DNA of 63,936 bases, counting the filler, from Kipferlia bialata (lineage: Eukaryota), in the NCBI GenBank assembly GCA_003568945.1. It is 5 parts of 5 records of this genome, joined end to end, with 100 filler letters (N's around TTAATTAATTAA, not from the genome) between each part and the next. Parts side by side here need not be neighbours in the genome. Positions count along the whole stretch, not along the records: positions 1 to 24,539 come from BDIP01000222.1; positions 24,640 to 41,140 come from BDIP01000223.1; 3 more parts are not named here. One strand, 5' to 3'. The position numbers and the translations under genes are program-made. This document shows, in pieces, positions 14,501 through 26,440 of this stretch; the stretch's first letter is position 1; every line of letters starts with the position of its first letter. The notes beneath the pieces are model-generated. The model searched no databases, was not told where the DNA came from, and saw nothing but the letters and a program-made list of their open reading frames with translations.

Positions 14501-14845
14501 TATTGCTGTGTCGTGCCTAAAGAAGCAGAACTATGAAACGAGCATCAGTCTGGCCGGGTTTGAATTATAACCAAAGTGAATTAAAGGTATAGGCCTTCAT
14601 ATATCGCAGTGTTCTCAAGGCGGTGATCTATAATGCTTGTGGGCAGATATCAAGTATCCTAGTTGTCTTCGAAGATATCATTCACCGTCGTGATGCTGAG
14701 GTGATGGCTCACTATGAATTCACTGAAACCCTCATTGTCAAATAGTCTCCCACTCTACTTGGCACATGTCACTGTCAATGTCACTACAGTCTAGTACGGC
14801 AGTCTATTATGGTACACCTACTAATTGACACGTATAATATGGACG

Positions 14846-15306
14846 CTATAGCATATCACATTCGTAAGCCTCTGGACACACAATATCCTCCTGGAACCGC
14901 AGCACCGATGTGTTGCACTTGCCAACCACCAGCACATCCTTGTGACTCAGGCGACAGCATGTGATGCGACCTGTATCGGTCCAGTTGGGGGAGGTGGTAG
15001 TCCACCACTTGCCCCACGGTGTGAGATTACCCTGAGAGTGAGGGGAACAATAATGATACGTATATATATATATATATATGTGCAACATAGTGTGAGTGGA
15101 TGTACCTCCAGCCTGTTGTACCCTGCCACGTCCCCAGTGTATCTGTTGACACTGACTATGTGTCTGCCCATGGGCATCAGGGTGGTGCCAGAGGGAGGGT
15201 TCATGCTGGGGCACGTGCTGCTTGTCTCCCACCCTGTCTCCAGACTGAACACATGGGACACCCTGCCATACTGCAGTATGTGGACACGGTCATCCATCAC
15301 TATCAT
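14846..15306 (-). CDS. 3' exons of a hypothetical protein (beta-propeller/Kelch-like composition)
   Basis: Two exons with GT-AG intron (…GYNRLE|GNLTPWGKWW…CDML*); out of phase with the upstream exons across the poly-G run. Confidence 0.5.
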
Positions 15307-15342
15307 CTGGGTCAGTATCAGGTGGGGGGGGGGGGGGGGGGG

Positions 15343-15379
<37 letters not shown>

Positions 15380-15439
15380 AGAGGGAGGGTAAAATAGGGA
15401 GAGCTGAATGGTTGTTTGACATGTGCTACTCTCTCGTAC

Positions 15440-15706
15440 CAAGTGCCTCGGTCTGTCCCTTCAGAGCAGTGTACCACCCGGCAGCAAGCTCTCTCCTCCT
15501 CTTCCAGAGGGCTGTGTCACCCTGGGTGTCAGAGAGAGGACATCACACTTTGTAATGGGTGACGAGTAAGCTTTTGTGCTTCAACTTACCCTCCTGGCGT
15601 CTGGTAGGTCCACAATGATGGCCAGACCCTTGTCCTGAGGGGTGGGGACAAACACACGCTGCACAAGCAGAGTCAGCTCCTCACTGGATAGGTGTGTGTC
15701 GGTCAT
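15440..15706 (-). CDS. 5' exons of a hypothetical protein (MTDTHLSSEELTLLVQRVFVPTPQDKGLAIIVDLPDARR|GDTALWKRRRELAAGW…)
   Basis: ATG 15706, exons 15706-15590 and 15521-15440 with canonical splice sites. Confidence 0.6.
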
Positions 15707-15931
15707 GGTTTTGATTTCAGAGGTGTAAAGGTCAGTGTCACTAAGCAGTCAAGTGAAAGCTCAACCCTTAGCGGATTTGTTTCTGCCTTACTCGCTTCCA
15801 AACACTGTCACACATCCTTTCTCAACTACAAGATCTATTCTTGCAGTCTGCAAGGTTAATATAGAAGCAGAGGGCGGGATATAGGAACATGAATAGTACA
15901 CATCTTAGTGAAGGGTGCCACTGAGGCAGGG

Positions 15932-18707
15932 TCAGTATCTGAGGGATGATATCACATCAGCCAGGGTGGAGTGGATGTATCCCACACTGCCCCTCTCGTT
16001 CCTCTCAGTCTCTACATCGAGAGAGTGCCTGACCCGTGCATCCTCCTGGTTCTCCTCACTCTCCATCTCTCTCTCCCTCTCTCTGGTCTCTTCGAACACC
16101 TTTACCTGATGTAAGAGGCAAATGGAAACACACAAACAATATCCTACACACACAGCAACTATGAAGTATCATATCACATAAGGCCACACACTGTCTCCCA
16201 CATAAATACCCACCTCCTGGATGACCTCCCTCAGCCTTCTGAGTGACACTGTCTCACTGGGCGTCAGCTCAGGGTGGACAGGGGTCTGGGACTCAGGCCT
16301 CTCCTCCAGTAGGATGGAGAGAGAGAGGGGCTGTCTGGCGGTGGGGGAGAGGGTCCCCACATAGTCCTGGCCAGACACACCAGACGCACTGACACTGACA
16401 CTGGACCCACAGTCATCCCTGGGCGACCCCCCTCTGCTCTCTCCCTGCCAGTCCGGTCTGGGTGCCTTGAGCAGCTGCTCTCGGATGTGGTGGGCCAGCA
16501 GGACATGCGACACCTCGGCCACTCCATCCGGTACAACCTCCAGGGCAGGGAGGGGGTCAGCGGTGTCTGTCCTACCAGTGGATGCCCCAGCTACCCCAGA
16601 CCCTGCCCTACCACCTGCATACCAGGGGTGCTGGGGGAAGGGGGAGACAGCAGCCCACAGAGACCCATCAAAGGAGGTAGCAAAGGAGGGGGCGGGGGCA
16701 CGTAGCCTCTCCTCCTGCAGAGCCAGGGAGACAGCTCTGAGGTTAGATGTATGTATATTCATGTATGTACAGACATAATAGGAGAAGTGTATGGATTAGC
16801 CCCACCTGACTGCGTTTGGGATACTGGTGCATATGAGGCACCCTGCCAGCATGCACCCCTCCACCGCAGAGTCATAGGCATGCAGGGCAGACACACAGTC
16901 GTCCAGGTGCAGCAGACGGAACCGCTGGCAGAGGGTCTCGATGCAGTGCCTAAGGCCTCTGAAGGTCTAGGAGTCAGATGCGGATCGAGAAAGGTACATA
17001 AGATGTGATATATGGGGTCGTAATACCACATCCTCGGTACACATACCTGTGCTAGCACCATCAGGTCACTGCGAAGGTGGGGGGTGCGAGTGCGGGAGGG
17101 GCTGATATTAGAGGGTAAACTGATAGAGTTAAGATAATACAGTATCCACAACTACCACATACCGGACCCCCTTTGCAATGCTCTTCCCCCATGCCTCAGC
17201 TGCCGCCACACTATAGCTGAGGAGGATGCTGATGGGAGCAGGGAAGGGCGTGGGGTACAGGGTGGGGGGTATGCGGCGTCGGTATGTCTGCACCCCAAGG
17301 GTGGACCCCCCCACCCTGACCCCAGACCCCCTCTCAGTAGTGTCCAGATAGTGCGCATGGGATAGAGCTGTGCACATCTGTATGACACCTCTCGCATGGT
17401 GCATGAAGGCTAGGGAGGAGCCTGTAGGGGGAACCGAGAGGGGAAGGGAGAGAGAGGGACACAGGCCAGGGGGGGTGGGCCGCTGGTGGAAGCTGTTCCA
17501 CTTCTCCTCCTCCCTGTGTGCCTGTATCAGCACCCTGGCCTCTCCCACCAGGGACACTGTGACTCTGCGCCACAGGGAGGGGTGGGGTGGGGCAGGGGAG
17601 ACCAGGAGTCGGTAGAGGAGGTGGGTGGGCCGCAGGGGGTAGAGAATGTCTGTCACGTATCTGCTGTGCTCCCTCTCATCCCCTCCCTCCCCTCCCTCAC
17701 TGAAGTCCCCGGTGAGTGAGGCCCCTGCATCATCCCAGGACTCAACATCATAGTAGTCGTGTCTGGGGTCAGATGAGAGAGAGAGAGAGGGGGGTATTGA
17801 GTGTCGATACATGCATACACCACCCATACCTATCCTCCAGGTGTATGTTCATCTGCAGGGACTGCAGAGGGAGCTTGGCCAGCCCCATCGCATGCATGGT
17901 CAATAGCATCGTGTAGGTATGCCTCTCGGGGGTGTCCATGTTACAGCAGCCAAACCTGGGTGAGGGAAGTTGGAGATAGATTACAAATATAGAACTCATA
18001 TATGCCACCATACACACACTCACCCGAACCCCCTCCCCCAGGACTGCCCCCTGGGTGCATCGACCTCATCAGGGAGGGTGCGCCACACAGACACAGCGGA
18101 CCTGGGTGAGGAAAGGGGGGGGGGGGGGGGGCTACACTGATGATATATATACATATATGTAAATATGTATCCAGTCACACCTGTTGACAGGGCAGAACAT
18201 GCTGTACACCAGTCTGCGGCATATGGGCCCTATCTGGTCGAAGAGAGGCTCCCACAGGGAGAGGAGGAGGGGTGCAGCCTCTGTGGCGACCCCTGCTGTG
18301 GGAGGGGGGCACTCCTCGGATGCAGGGTCGGACAGACGCTGCATGCACTCATGCAGGGAGGAGTGCACGCGGCGCAGATAGGAGACAAAGAGGGACAGGA
18401 AGGAGTGGGCCATCAGGGACGGGGGGGCCTGGGGGTAAGGGGGTGGTAGAGAGACATGAGTAGTAGTATATACTGATATACACACACCTCTGAGTCCCTG
18501 GCCAGGAGGGGGTGCTGTCTGCATAGCAGGAAGAGGGACTGCTCAAATGCCTCAATCCCTGTCTTTGTGCCCACCCCCCCTGTCAGGATGGACACGGTCT
18601 GTCTGTCCAGCACTATCCCATTCTGGACAAGGGGCATCACAGTCTCCACAACACCGGGGTCTAACTGCACCTCTCTATGCACAGGGTCCGGCACCAACAC
18701 TCCCTGC
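15932..18707 (-). CDS. Multi-exon hypothetical protein, 5' end lost in gap
   Basis: Series of GC-rich exons bounded by GT…CTCAC/CTGAC-N-AG introns; stop at 15932; no family recognised. Confidence 0.6.
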
Positions 18708-19755
18708 CTGGAGGGTAGAGGGGGGGGGGGGGAGAAGAGAGGGGGGGGGGGGGCATAATATACCAAATGTGCATGGNNNNNNNNNNNNNNNNNNNNNNNN
18801 NNNNNNNNNNNNNNNNNNNNNNNNNNNNNNNNNNNNNNNNNNNNNNNNNNNNNNNNNNNNNNNNNNNNNNNNNNNNNNNNNNNNNNNNNNNNNNNNNNNN
18901 NNNNNNNNNNNNNNNNNNNNNNNNNNNNNNNNNNNNNNNNNNNNNNNNNNNNNNNNNNNNNNNNNNNNNNNNNNNNNNNNNNNNNNNNNNNNNNNNNNNN
19001 NNNNNNNNNNNNNNNNNNNNNNNNNNNNNNNNNNNNNNNNNNNNNNNNNNNNNNNNNNNNNNNNNNNNNNNNNNNNNNNNNNNNNNNNNNNNNNNNNNNN
19101 NNNNNNNNNNNNNNNNNNNNNNNNNNNNNNNNNNNNNNNNNNNNNNNNNNNNNNNNNNNNNNNNNNNNNNNNNNNNNNNNNNNNNNNNNNNNNNNNNNNN
19201 NNNNNNNNNNNNNNNNNNNNNNNNNNNNNNNNNNNNNNNNNNNNNNNNNNNNNNNNNNNNNNNNNNNNNNNNNNNNNNNNNNNNNNNNNNNNNNNNNNNN
19301 NNNNNNNNNNNNNNNNNNNNNNNNNNNNNNNNNNNNNNNNNNNNNNNNNNNNNNNNNNNNNNNNNNNNNNNNNNNNNNNNNNNNNNNNNNNNNNNNNNNN
19401 NNNNNNNNNNNNNNNNNNNNNNNNNNNNNNNNNNNNNNNNNNNNNNNNNNNNNNNNNNNNNNNNNNNNNNNNNNNNNNNNNNNNNNNNNNNNNNNNNNNN
19501 NNNNNNNNNNNNNNNNNNNNNNNNNNNNNNNNNNNNNNNNNNNNNNNNNNNNNNNNNNNNNNNNNNNNNNNNNNNNNNNNNNNNNNNNNNNNNNNNNNNN
19601 NNNNNNNNNNNNNNNNNNNNNNNNNNNNNNNNNNNNNNNNNNNNNNNNNNNNNNNNNNNNNNNNNNNNNNNNNNNNNNNNNNNNNNNNNNNNNNNNNNNT
19701 TCCCCAGGGGTGGTGTTTTCCCCCCCCCCCCCCCCCCCCCCATTCTCTTCAGTCT

Positions 19756-19787
<32 letters not shown>

Positions 19788-19808
19788 ACCACCCCTCTCA
19801 CCTCCCAG

Positions 19809-22792
19809 CGGTCTCTTTGGCCCTGTGTGTCAGATACTGCTGAGTGTCAACCCTCAGATGTTTGTGGAGTGGTTCAGCCTGCACCCATTGCTCTGGATTG
19901 CAGTGAGGTGTATTGACCTTGTGTACCTCCATTTCTCTTCATCCCCACTCTTACTTCTAGTCAAGTGTGTATATATTGTTTGTGTCACCCTCACCTTTCC
20001 TGCTTTCTCTGTCTCTCCTCTGTCTCTCTGTCTCTCTCTCTCTCTGTCTTTCTCTCTCTATACCTATTTGCACCATCTCACTCCCAGCGTGGCTGTCTCC
20101 GTGGGCACCCTCACCTACTTCATAGTACTAGTGACAGTGGCAGAGTGGGCCACAAAGGCAACGTACGTATATACACACATAGTATTCTGCTACATATATA
20201 GATAGAGATTAAGGGGGAGAGAGAGAGAATAATGTCAGTCCTGGTCACAGTGGCAGAGTGGGCCACAAAGGCAACGTACGTATACACACATAGTATTCTG
20301 CTACATATATAGATAGAGATTAAGGGAGAGAGAGAGAGAGAAATGACAGTCCTGGTCACAGTGGCAGAGTGGGCCACAAAGGCAACGTGAGTATAGCATG
20401 TTTATATTGTGTATAGTTATAGATAGAGAGAGAGAGAGAAGTGGGCTACCAAGGCAACGTGAGTGTAGTGTATTCATATATATTGAGAGAGTGAGTGTGT
20501 GAGAGAGACTCTGTCTGTGTGTTTGTATGTACTCAGTGCACCTGACCCAGCTACCATGCTGTCTCCTGTCGCTATAGGATACAAGTGACTATTTCTATCA
20601 GTCTGAATATTTACTCATAATATATATGTACCAACTTCTCACCCCAGTTACCAGGCTGTATCGTGTAGGTTCAGATACCCCCAGAGGTTCCTGCTCTATG
20701 CTGGGGTGTACATATTCGTGGAGGTGCTCTATGGGTTCACAATGATGGGTGCGTGTTAGTAGTGTTAACTATACTATTATATATATGGGTGTGTTTACAT
20801 GGAATAGTAATAGTATCGTAAGTATTAATACATATCGTGTGTTCTGACCCCCAGGCACCAACTGCCAGACCGACTCTGACCACCTGTACATATGCCCTGT
20901 CCTAGTTCTAAACGGGTCCGGATTCAGGTATGGGGTATATTACATATATGTAAGGTATAGCATCCTGTTCCATCGTATGTATTATATATTTCCTTCGGAG
21001 TTCCTCTCACAACTTACATGCGTGCTTAGGAATGCGTCTCTCTCTCTCTCTCTCTCTTCCTCCCTCTACCCCCTAGGCGTGATGACCTGGATCAGATGGG
21101 TCTGCGACCATTCCTCAGGGAGGCCACATGCGATGGTATGGGTTGGGCCAATTAATATATATATATGTGTATATAACCAGGATATTTGTATGCATTGGCC
21201 ATTCCTCAGAGAAGCCACGTGTGATGGTATGTATTGTTCTGAAATAGATGCTAACACATCAAGTTCTTCCTCTGCGTATCTCTCCTCTCTTCGCTCCTCT
21301 CATCCCTCAGCCACCCACTGTGCCGAGATATCCCCAGTAGTGCGGTCAGACCTCAAGGTATTGCTATATGTCTGTACATACCTCTATATCTCTCTCTCCT
21401 TTTGTCTCTATATTGTTCCATACCTATGCATTTGTCCTTAGTACGGTCAGACCTCAAGGTAAGGACACACACACACATATATGTATATATACATATATAT
21501 ATACATATATATATATACCTCAAGGTACACTATGTCTGTCTCCCTCTCTTCATATGTATCTCTGTACCCCTCTAGTACGCTCAGACCTCAAGGTGCTATA
21601 TATGACTCTCTCTCTCTCTCTCAGTCTGTCTCTGAGGTTCCTGTATATATATATTCATCTCCACAGCCTCTAACCCCCAGGCCTTCTTCCTGATCCAGTT
21701 CCTTCTCTCTCTCTCTCTCTCTGTCTCTCTGTATCTCTCTCTCCGTCTCTGTCTCTCTCTCTAACCCCCAGGCCTTCTTCCTCATCCAGTTCATAGTGCA
21801 GCCCCTGAACTACCTCATCTACATGCGCTTCATCAGGTATATGTCTCTCTCTCTCTTCATCAGGTGCATGTGTCTATCTCTCTCTCTCTCCCATGTAGTG
21901 TGTGCGACGTGTAGGTACATACTCACCTTAGACTCTGAGCTCATAAACAACCAATGATGTTATGTGTATCCGTTTCTCTTGTATATCTGCTACATACACC
22001 TAACATCAGATACTACCCCGAGCTCATCAAGAACCTGCGGCGCCCTCTCTTTGACAAGAAGGACAAGAAGAAGGATGTGGACGAGAACTCTCCCCTAGGT
22101 AACCATATCATATAGATATATTCCCTGATGCCTCTTTGTCTCTATAATAGTCCTCTTTGTGTCAAGAAGGACAAGAAGAAAGATGTGGACGAGAACTCAC
22201 CTTTAGGTAGGGTGTATAACCTCAGCACGCTGAGTATTCTTACCCATATAACCAGTATACCAATACACCTCTTTGTCTATGTACCTATATAAAGTGTGTC
22301 TCCCTCCTCACCCCCAGTCGTTGTGGCCCCCAAGCAGGCAGAGTATACTCATCCTTGTCCATATATACAATACTGCTATATACCTGTATATCTCTCTCTC
22401 CATCCTCACCTCAGTCGTTGTGGCCCCCAAGCAGGCCGAGTTCGCAGGGCTGGTGGCAGTCAACTTCTGGTGGGTGTTATGGCATCTCTCTCTCTCTCTT
22501 TACCTGATTCCATATAAGTATAATGTAAGTATAGTGTTCACATTGATTGCATTTATGTATATATACCCCAGTTCGCAGGGCTGGTGGCAGTCAACTTCTG
22601 GTGGGTGACGTGTACTCTCTCCCCCTCTCTATATATAAGTTATGTATTGTGTATACTATTTATATTCCCTGACCCCAGGTACTTCTTCCTGTCCAGCGTG
22701 GCCTACCTATGGTGCAACACACTCAATGTGAGTATAGTATAGTATAGTATAGTAATTCTATATTCTAGTATTGTATACATGAGTCATGATGT

Positions 22793-22824
<32 letters not shown>

Positions 22825-23496
22825 TACACCCTTTAACCACAGTTCACTGTCATTGATGACCCTGATGAGTCTGTCATGATGTTCTGTGTCATTGTGATGG
22901 TCACATACCACGTCACACTGCTGGATAACCTGATAGGGATAGAAGGTGAGGAAATATATACACCCACCTTAGTGTATATATATGATTGTCACATATACTA
23001 GTCTGTATCAATGTATTAAGTCAATGCATATAGTCTCCCTCTCCCCCCAGGTGGCACCATGGATGCCCTGAGGGCTAGTAGGGGATATGAATTATATACT
23101 ACTATATATATGATTGTCACATATACTCTTGAGTCTCTCCTCTTATACAAGGTGGCACCATGGATGCCCTGAGGGCTAGTGGGGGATATGTGTTATGTAC
23201 TATATATATATATATATATTTATATATACATATGATATGTGATTGTTCCCTATACTCTATATCCTCCTTCTCACACCAGGTGGTACCATGGATGCCCTGA
23301 GTGCCAGGCCCTCCAACCAGATACTGTCAGACGACATCCCATATAGGTATGTGGATACGTATATATGTATTGACAGATACTGTCAGACGACATACCGTAC
23401 AGGTGGGGGATGGGTATTCGTCTACGCATCCACATGTGTGTATTAATTTCAATTTGGACTAACCCCTAGGTGGAAGGACACCTCTGCCAAGCACTG

Positions 23497-23531
<35 letters not shown>

Positions 23532-24494
23532 ATATATATATATGGCCTCACTCCCAGGTGGAAGGACACCTCAGCCAAGCATGAGCTATTGAGGGTACCC
23601 ATTGAGATGGCACTGCTGCTCACAGGGCCCGTGGTGTTCTTTGGTACCTGTACTCTCTCTTTCTCTCTCTTACAGCTATTCGACTCCACATACATATGGA
23701 TTTCCCTTCCAATACCTATTATTACTGACCCCAGTATGCAACCTAGACTCGATCTCTGCTGAGGACGTGTGTCCATCCCTGGCCCTACTGGTGGCAGAGC
23801 AGTTCTCTATACTGGGGTGAGAGCATATGTGTAGAGATATCATTAATGGGAGTGTACAGTGACACTCTTTGGACCCCATGTCTCTCTCAGTCTATTTCCC
23901 CTCAACCTAACCTATCATGGACTGGACTGTTTCTCTCTCCCCCCCCCCCCACCCTCTCTCTTCTCATCCCAGTCCATCTCTTAGTCTCGAGCGCCTTATG
24001 CTTCTCTCTCTCCCTCCCCCTCCCCCCGTCTTACTCTAGCATGTCCTTTGACCTCGAGTGCCTCATGCTCCTGGGTGCCCTGTGTCTAGTACTGTTTACA
24101 GTGTTCATACTGCTCATGAGGGGACATGTCGCTGTTACCACAATCAAGAAGAGGTTCAGGTATATATAAAGCTTATGTATAGTGTAGAGTAGACCATATA
24201 TATACTCCTCCTGAGGGAACACGTGGCTGTCACAACAATCAAAAAGAGGTTCAGGTGAGTGTATGTGGTGTCCCTCTAGTATCTATCTTCATACCAATAT
24301 TTATGTATACATGTCTCCATACATTGATATGTATTATGTATACAGGTCTCTCTAACTATCTTACCAGTTACCAGTGGTGATACCCCCATGACCCTCTAGT
24401 ATATATACCTCTATATATATTTGCACATAGCTCTCTTGCTCTCTCTCTATACCTGTCTCTCTCCCCCTCACCCCCAGTGGCGACACCCCCATGA

Positions 24495-24500
<6 letters not shown>
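19809..24500 (+). CDS. Multi-exon multipass membrane protein, partial at both ends
   Basis: Exons with hydrophobic helices (VAVSVGTLTYFIVLVTVAEW; FLLYAGVYIFVEVLYGFTMM; AFFLIQFIVQPLNYLIYMRF; LMLLGALCLVLFTVFILLM); the junctions checked are in phase. Confidence 0.7.
20131..20462 (+). repeat. Tandem exon-end/donor repeats (4 copies, period ~112 nt for the first three)
   Basis: GTGGCAGAGTGGGCCACAAAGGCAAC|GT ending at 20162, 20275, 20386, with a shorter variant ending at 20458. Confidence 0.95.
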
Positions 24501-24538
<38 letters not shown>

Positions 24539-24583
24539 TNNNNNNNNNNNNNNNNNNNNNNNNNNNNNNNNNNNNNNNNNNNN

Positions 24584-24595
24584 TTAATTAATTAA
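24584..24595. other. Artificial scaffold linker TTAATTAATTAA flanked by N runs
   Basis: Six-frame stop linker embedded in N runs; identical at four places. Confidence 0.95.
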
Positions 24596-24647
24596 NNNNN
24601 NNNNNNNNNNNNNNNNNNNNNNNNNNNNNNNNNNNNNNNTATAAAAA

Positions 24648-24687
<40 letters not shown>

Positions 24688-24731
24688 AGAGGTAGAAAGA
24701 AAGAGAGAGAGGGGAAGAGAGAGAGTGCTAC

Positions 24732-25324
24732 CTGCCATCTTGGCACCAAAGACACCAGTCTGTACGGCCTCCCCGTTGTACTCCTCCCTGAATGCAGTGA
24801 CACACCTGTCGAAGAAGGGCTCAGCCTAGAGGATAAGGAGTTAGAGAGAGAGAGAGAGAAGGGGGGGGGGGGGGGGGGGTAGCAAGAGTGAGAGACCCAT
24901 ACCTCCTTGGGGTTGAGTGCATTGTGGAAGTCGGGTCTGTTCCCCTTGAGCTGTCCGTACAGAGTGAACTGGGGCACCAGCAGCACACCATACCCGGCAT
25001 CCTTGACACTCTTCTTCCAGGGCCTGTATCAGTATCAGTATCTGTATCAGAATATATATATGTATCGGTATATACCTGCCCTGCTCGTCTGGGAACAGCT
25101 TCACATTCAGCACCTTCCTCACGATGTAGGTCATGTCGGCACGCATGTCATCCCAGTTGATGCCAAGGAGCACCATGTATCCCTAGGGTGAGAGAGAGAG
25201 AGAGAGATGGGGTATAGATGCACTACCCTGTACCCACCTGCTCAATGGCCCCAGAGACATATGGAGTCTCTACGTCCTCAATCGTCACAGAGGCCTCCCT
25301 GACACGCTGGATAATGACCTTCAT
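24732..25324 (-). CDS. DTD1: D-aminoacyl-tRNA deacylase, last exon missing
   Basis: MKVIIQRVREASVT…GYMVLLGI…KVLNVKLFPDEQGRPWKKSVKD…LLVPQFTLYG…KGNRPDFHNA…VQTGVFGAKM. Confidence 0.93.
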
Positions 25325-25470
25325 AGATGGTACGTGACTATGAAATAGTGTTCAGAGAGTATACTTATGGAAAAGACCTCTGGGGCCTACACCCTCAGTG
25401 TGCCAAGACAAAAAGAGCTGAATTGATTTCCGCCCATGCCACTCAGTTACATTATACTCTCTACCCACAG

Positions 25471-26404
25471 ATGTTCAGCGGTAGTGGAGGTGTTGCACAC
25501 ATAGAGACAGCCAGGCCAGACCTGCCCAATGCAGGCGTGGCCCAGGCCCTGATTCCCCCATTCAACCAGGTATATAGTGCGTTGAGTGTAGGATTATTAT
25601 TAATACTATATTGCCTTCTATTCACTGATTGATATGCTGTGTGGTGCTCTGATTCCACACTTCATGCATGCATATCTGCTATTTGGATGAGTATAGTACT
25701 TCAGCACATATATGCTGCATGGCATGTGCATGAGAGGTCCCTAGTCTGGGAGTGTATACACTATGGTAGGTACCCCCCCCCCCCCACTTTCTTCACTCAC
25801 TCCAGTTCCTTCGTGTCCCCTACAAGGTCCTGGCCATTGAGACCCCCTCCGAGTTCACCTATGCCTCTGGGTCTGGGTCCACAGTGCGTGCATGGAACTG
25901 GCGCAATGGAAAGAGCAGACGCGCCTTCAAGGGACACACTGGTACGATGCTATGGGAGAGGCACTCTGTACTATATTATATCTATACTCGGAAAAGGATG
26001 TTGGTTTCAATATGACTTTGATTTGCCCAGTAGTGTGGCAGAAGGAATTGATTCTGTTACCGGTACCGGTACCGGTACCAAATCCGCTTCACTCTCCTTG
26101 TCTTTTTCATTTCTTCTCCTCTTACCCCAGGACCCGTGACCAGCATTGCCCTGGACTACCCTGCTGGCCTCCTCTACACAGGTAGGAGTGGAGTGTATGT
26201 GTATATATATATGAGAGTATATAGATACTGATACCCCCGCCCTGGACTACCCTGCTGGCCTCCTATACCCTGGTATACGCCCCCTCTATAGTGTACCTTC
26301 TATTGTTGTCAGTATATAGATTACTGATACCAGGCAGCTGGGACCAGCGCATTGGTCACTGATATACCCTCTCAGTATCCATAGTGTCACCATACCTTAT
26401 ATTA

Positions 26405-26440
<36 letters not shown>

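Noticed and set aside
18413..20205. Long ORFs of 350-550 aa in the ORF track
   Set aside because: They read through N gaps and homopolymers
24584..24595. TTAA target site or biological palindrome
   Set aside because: Identical 12-mer inside N runs at four places; an artificial contig linker, so synteny across linkers is meaningless
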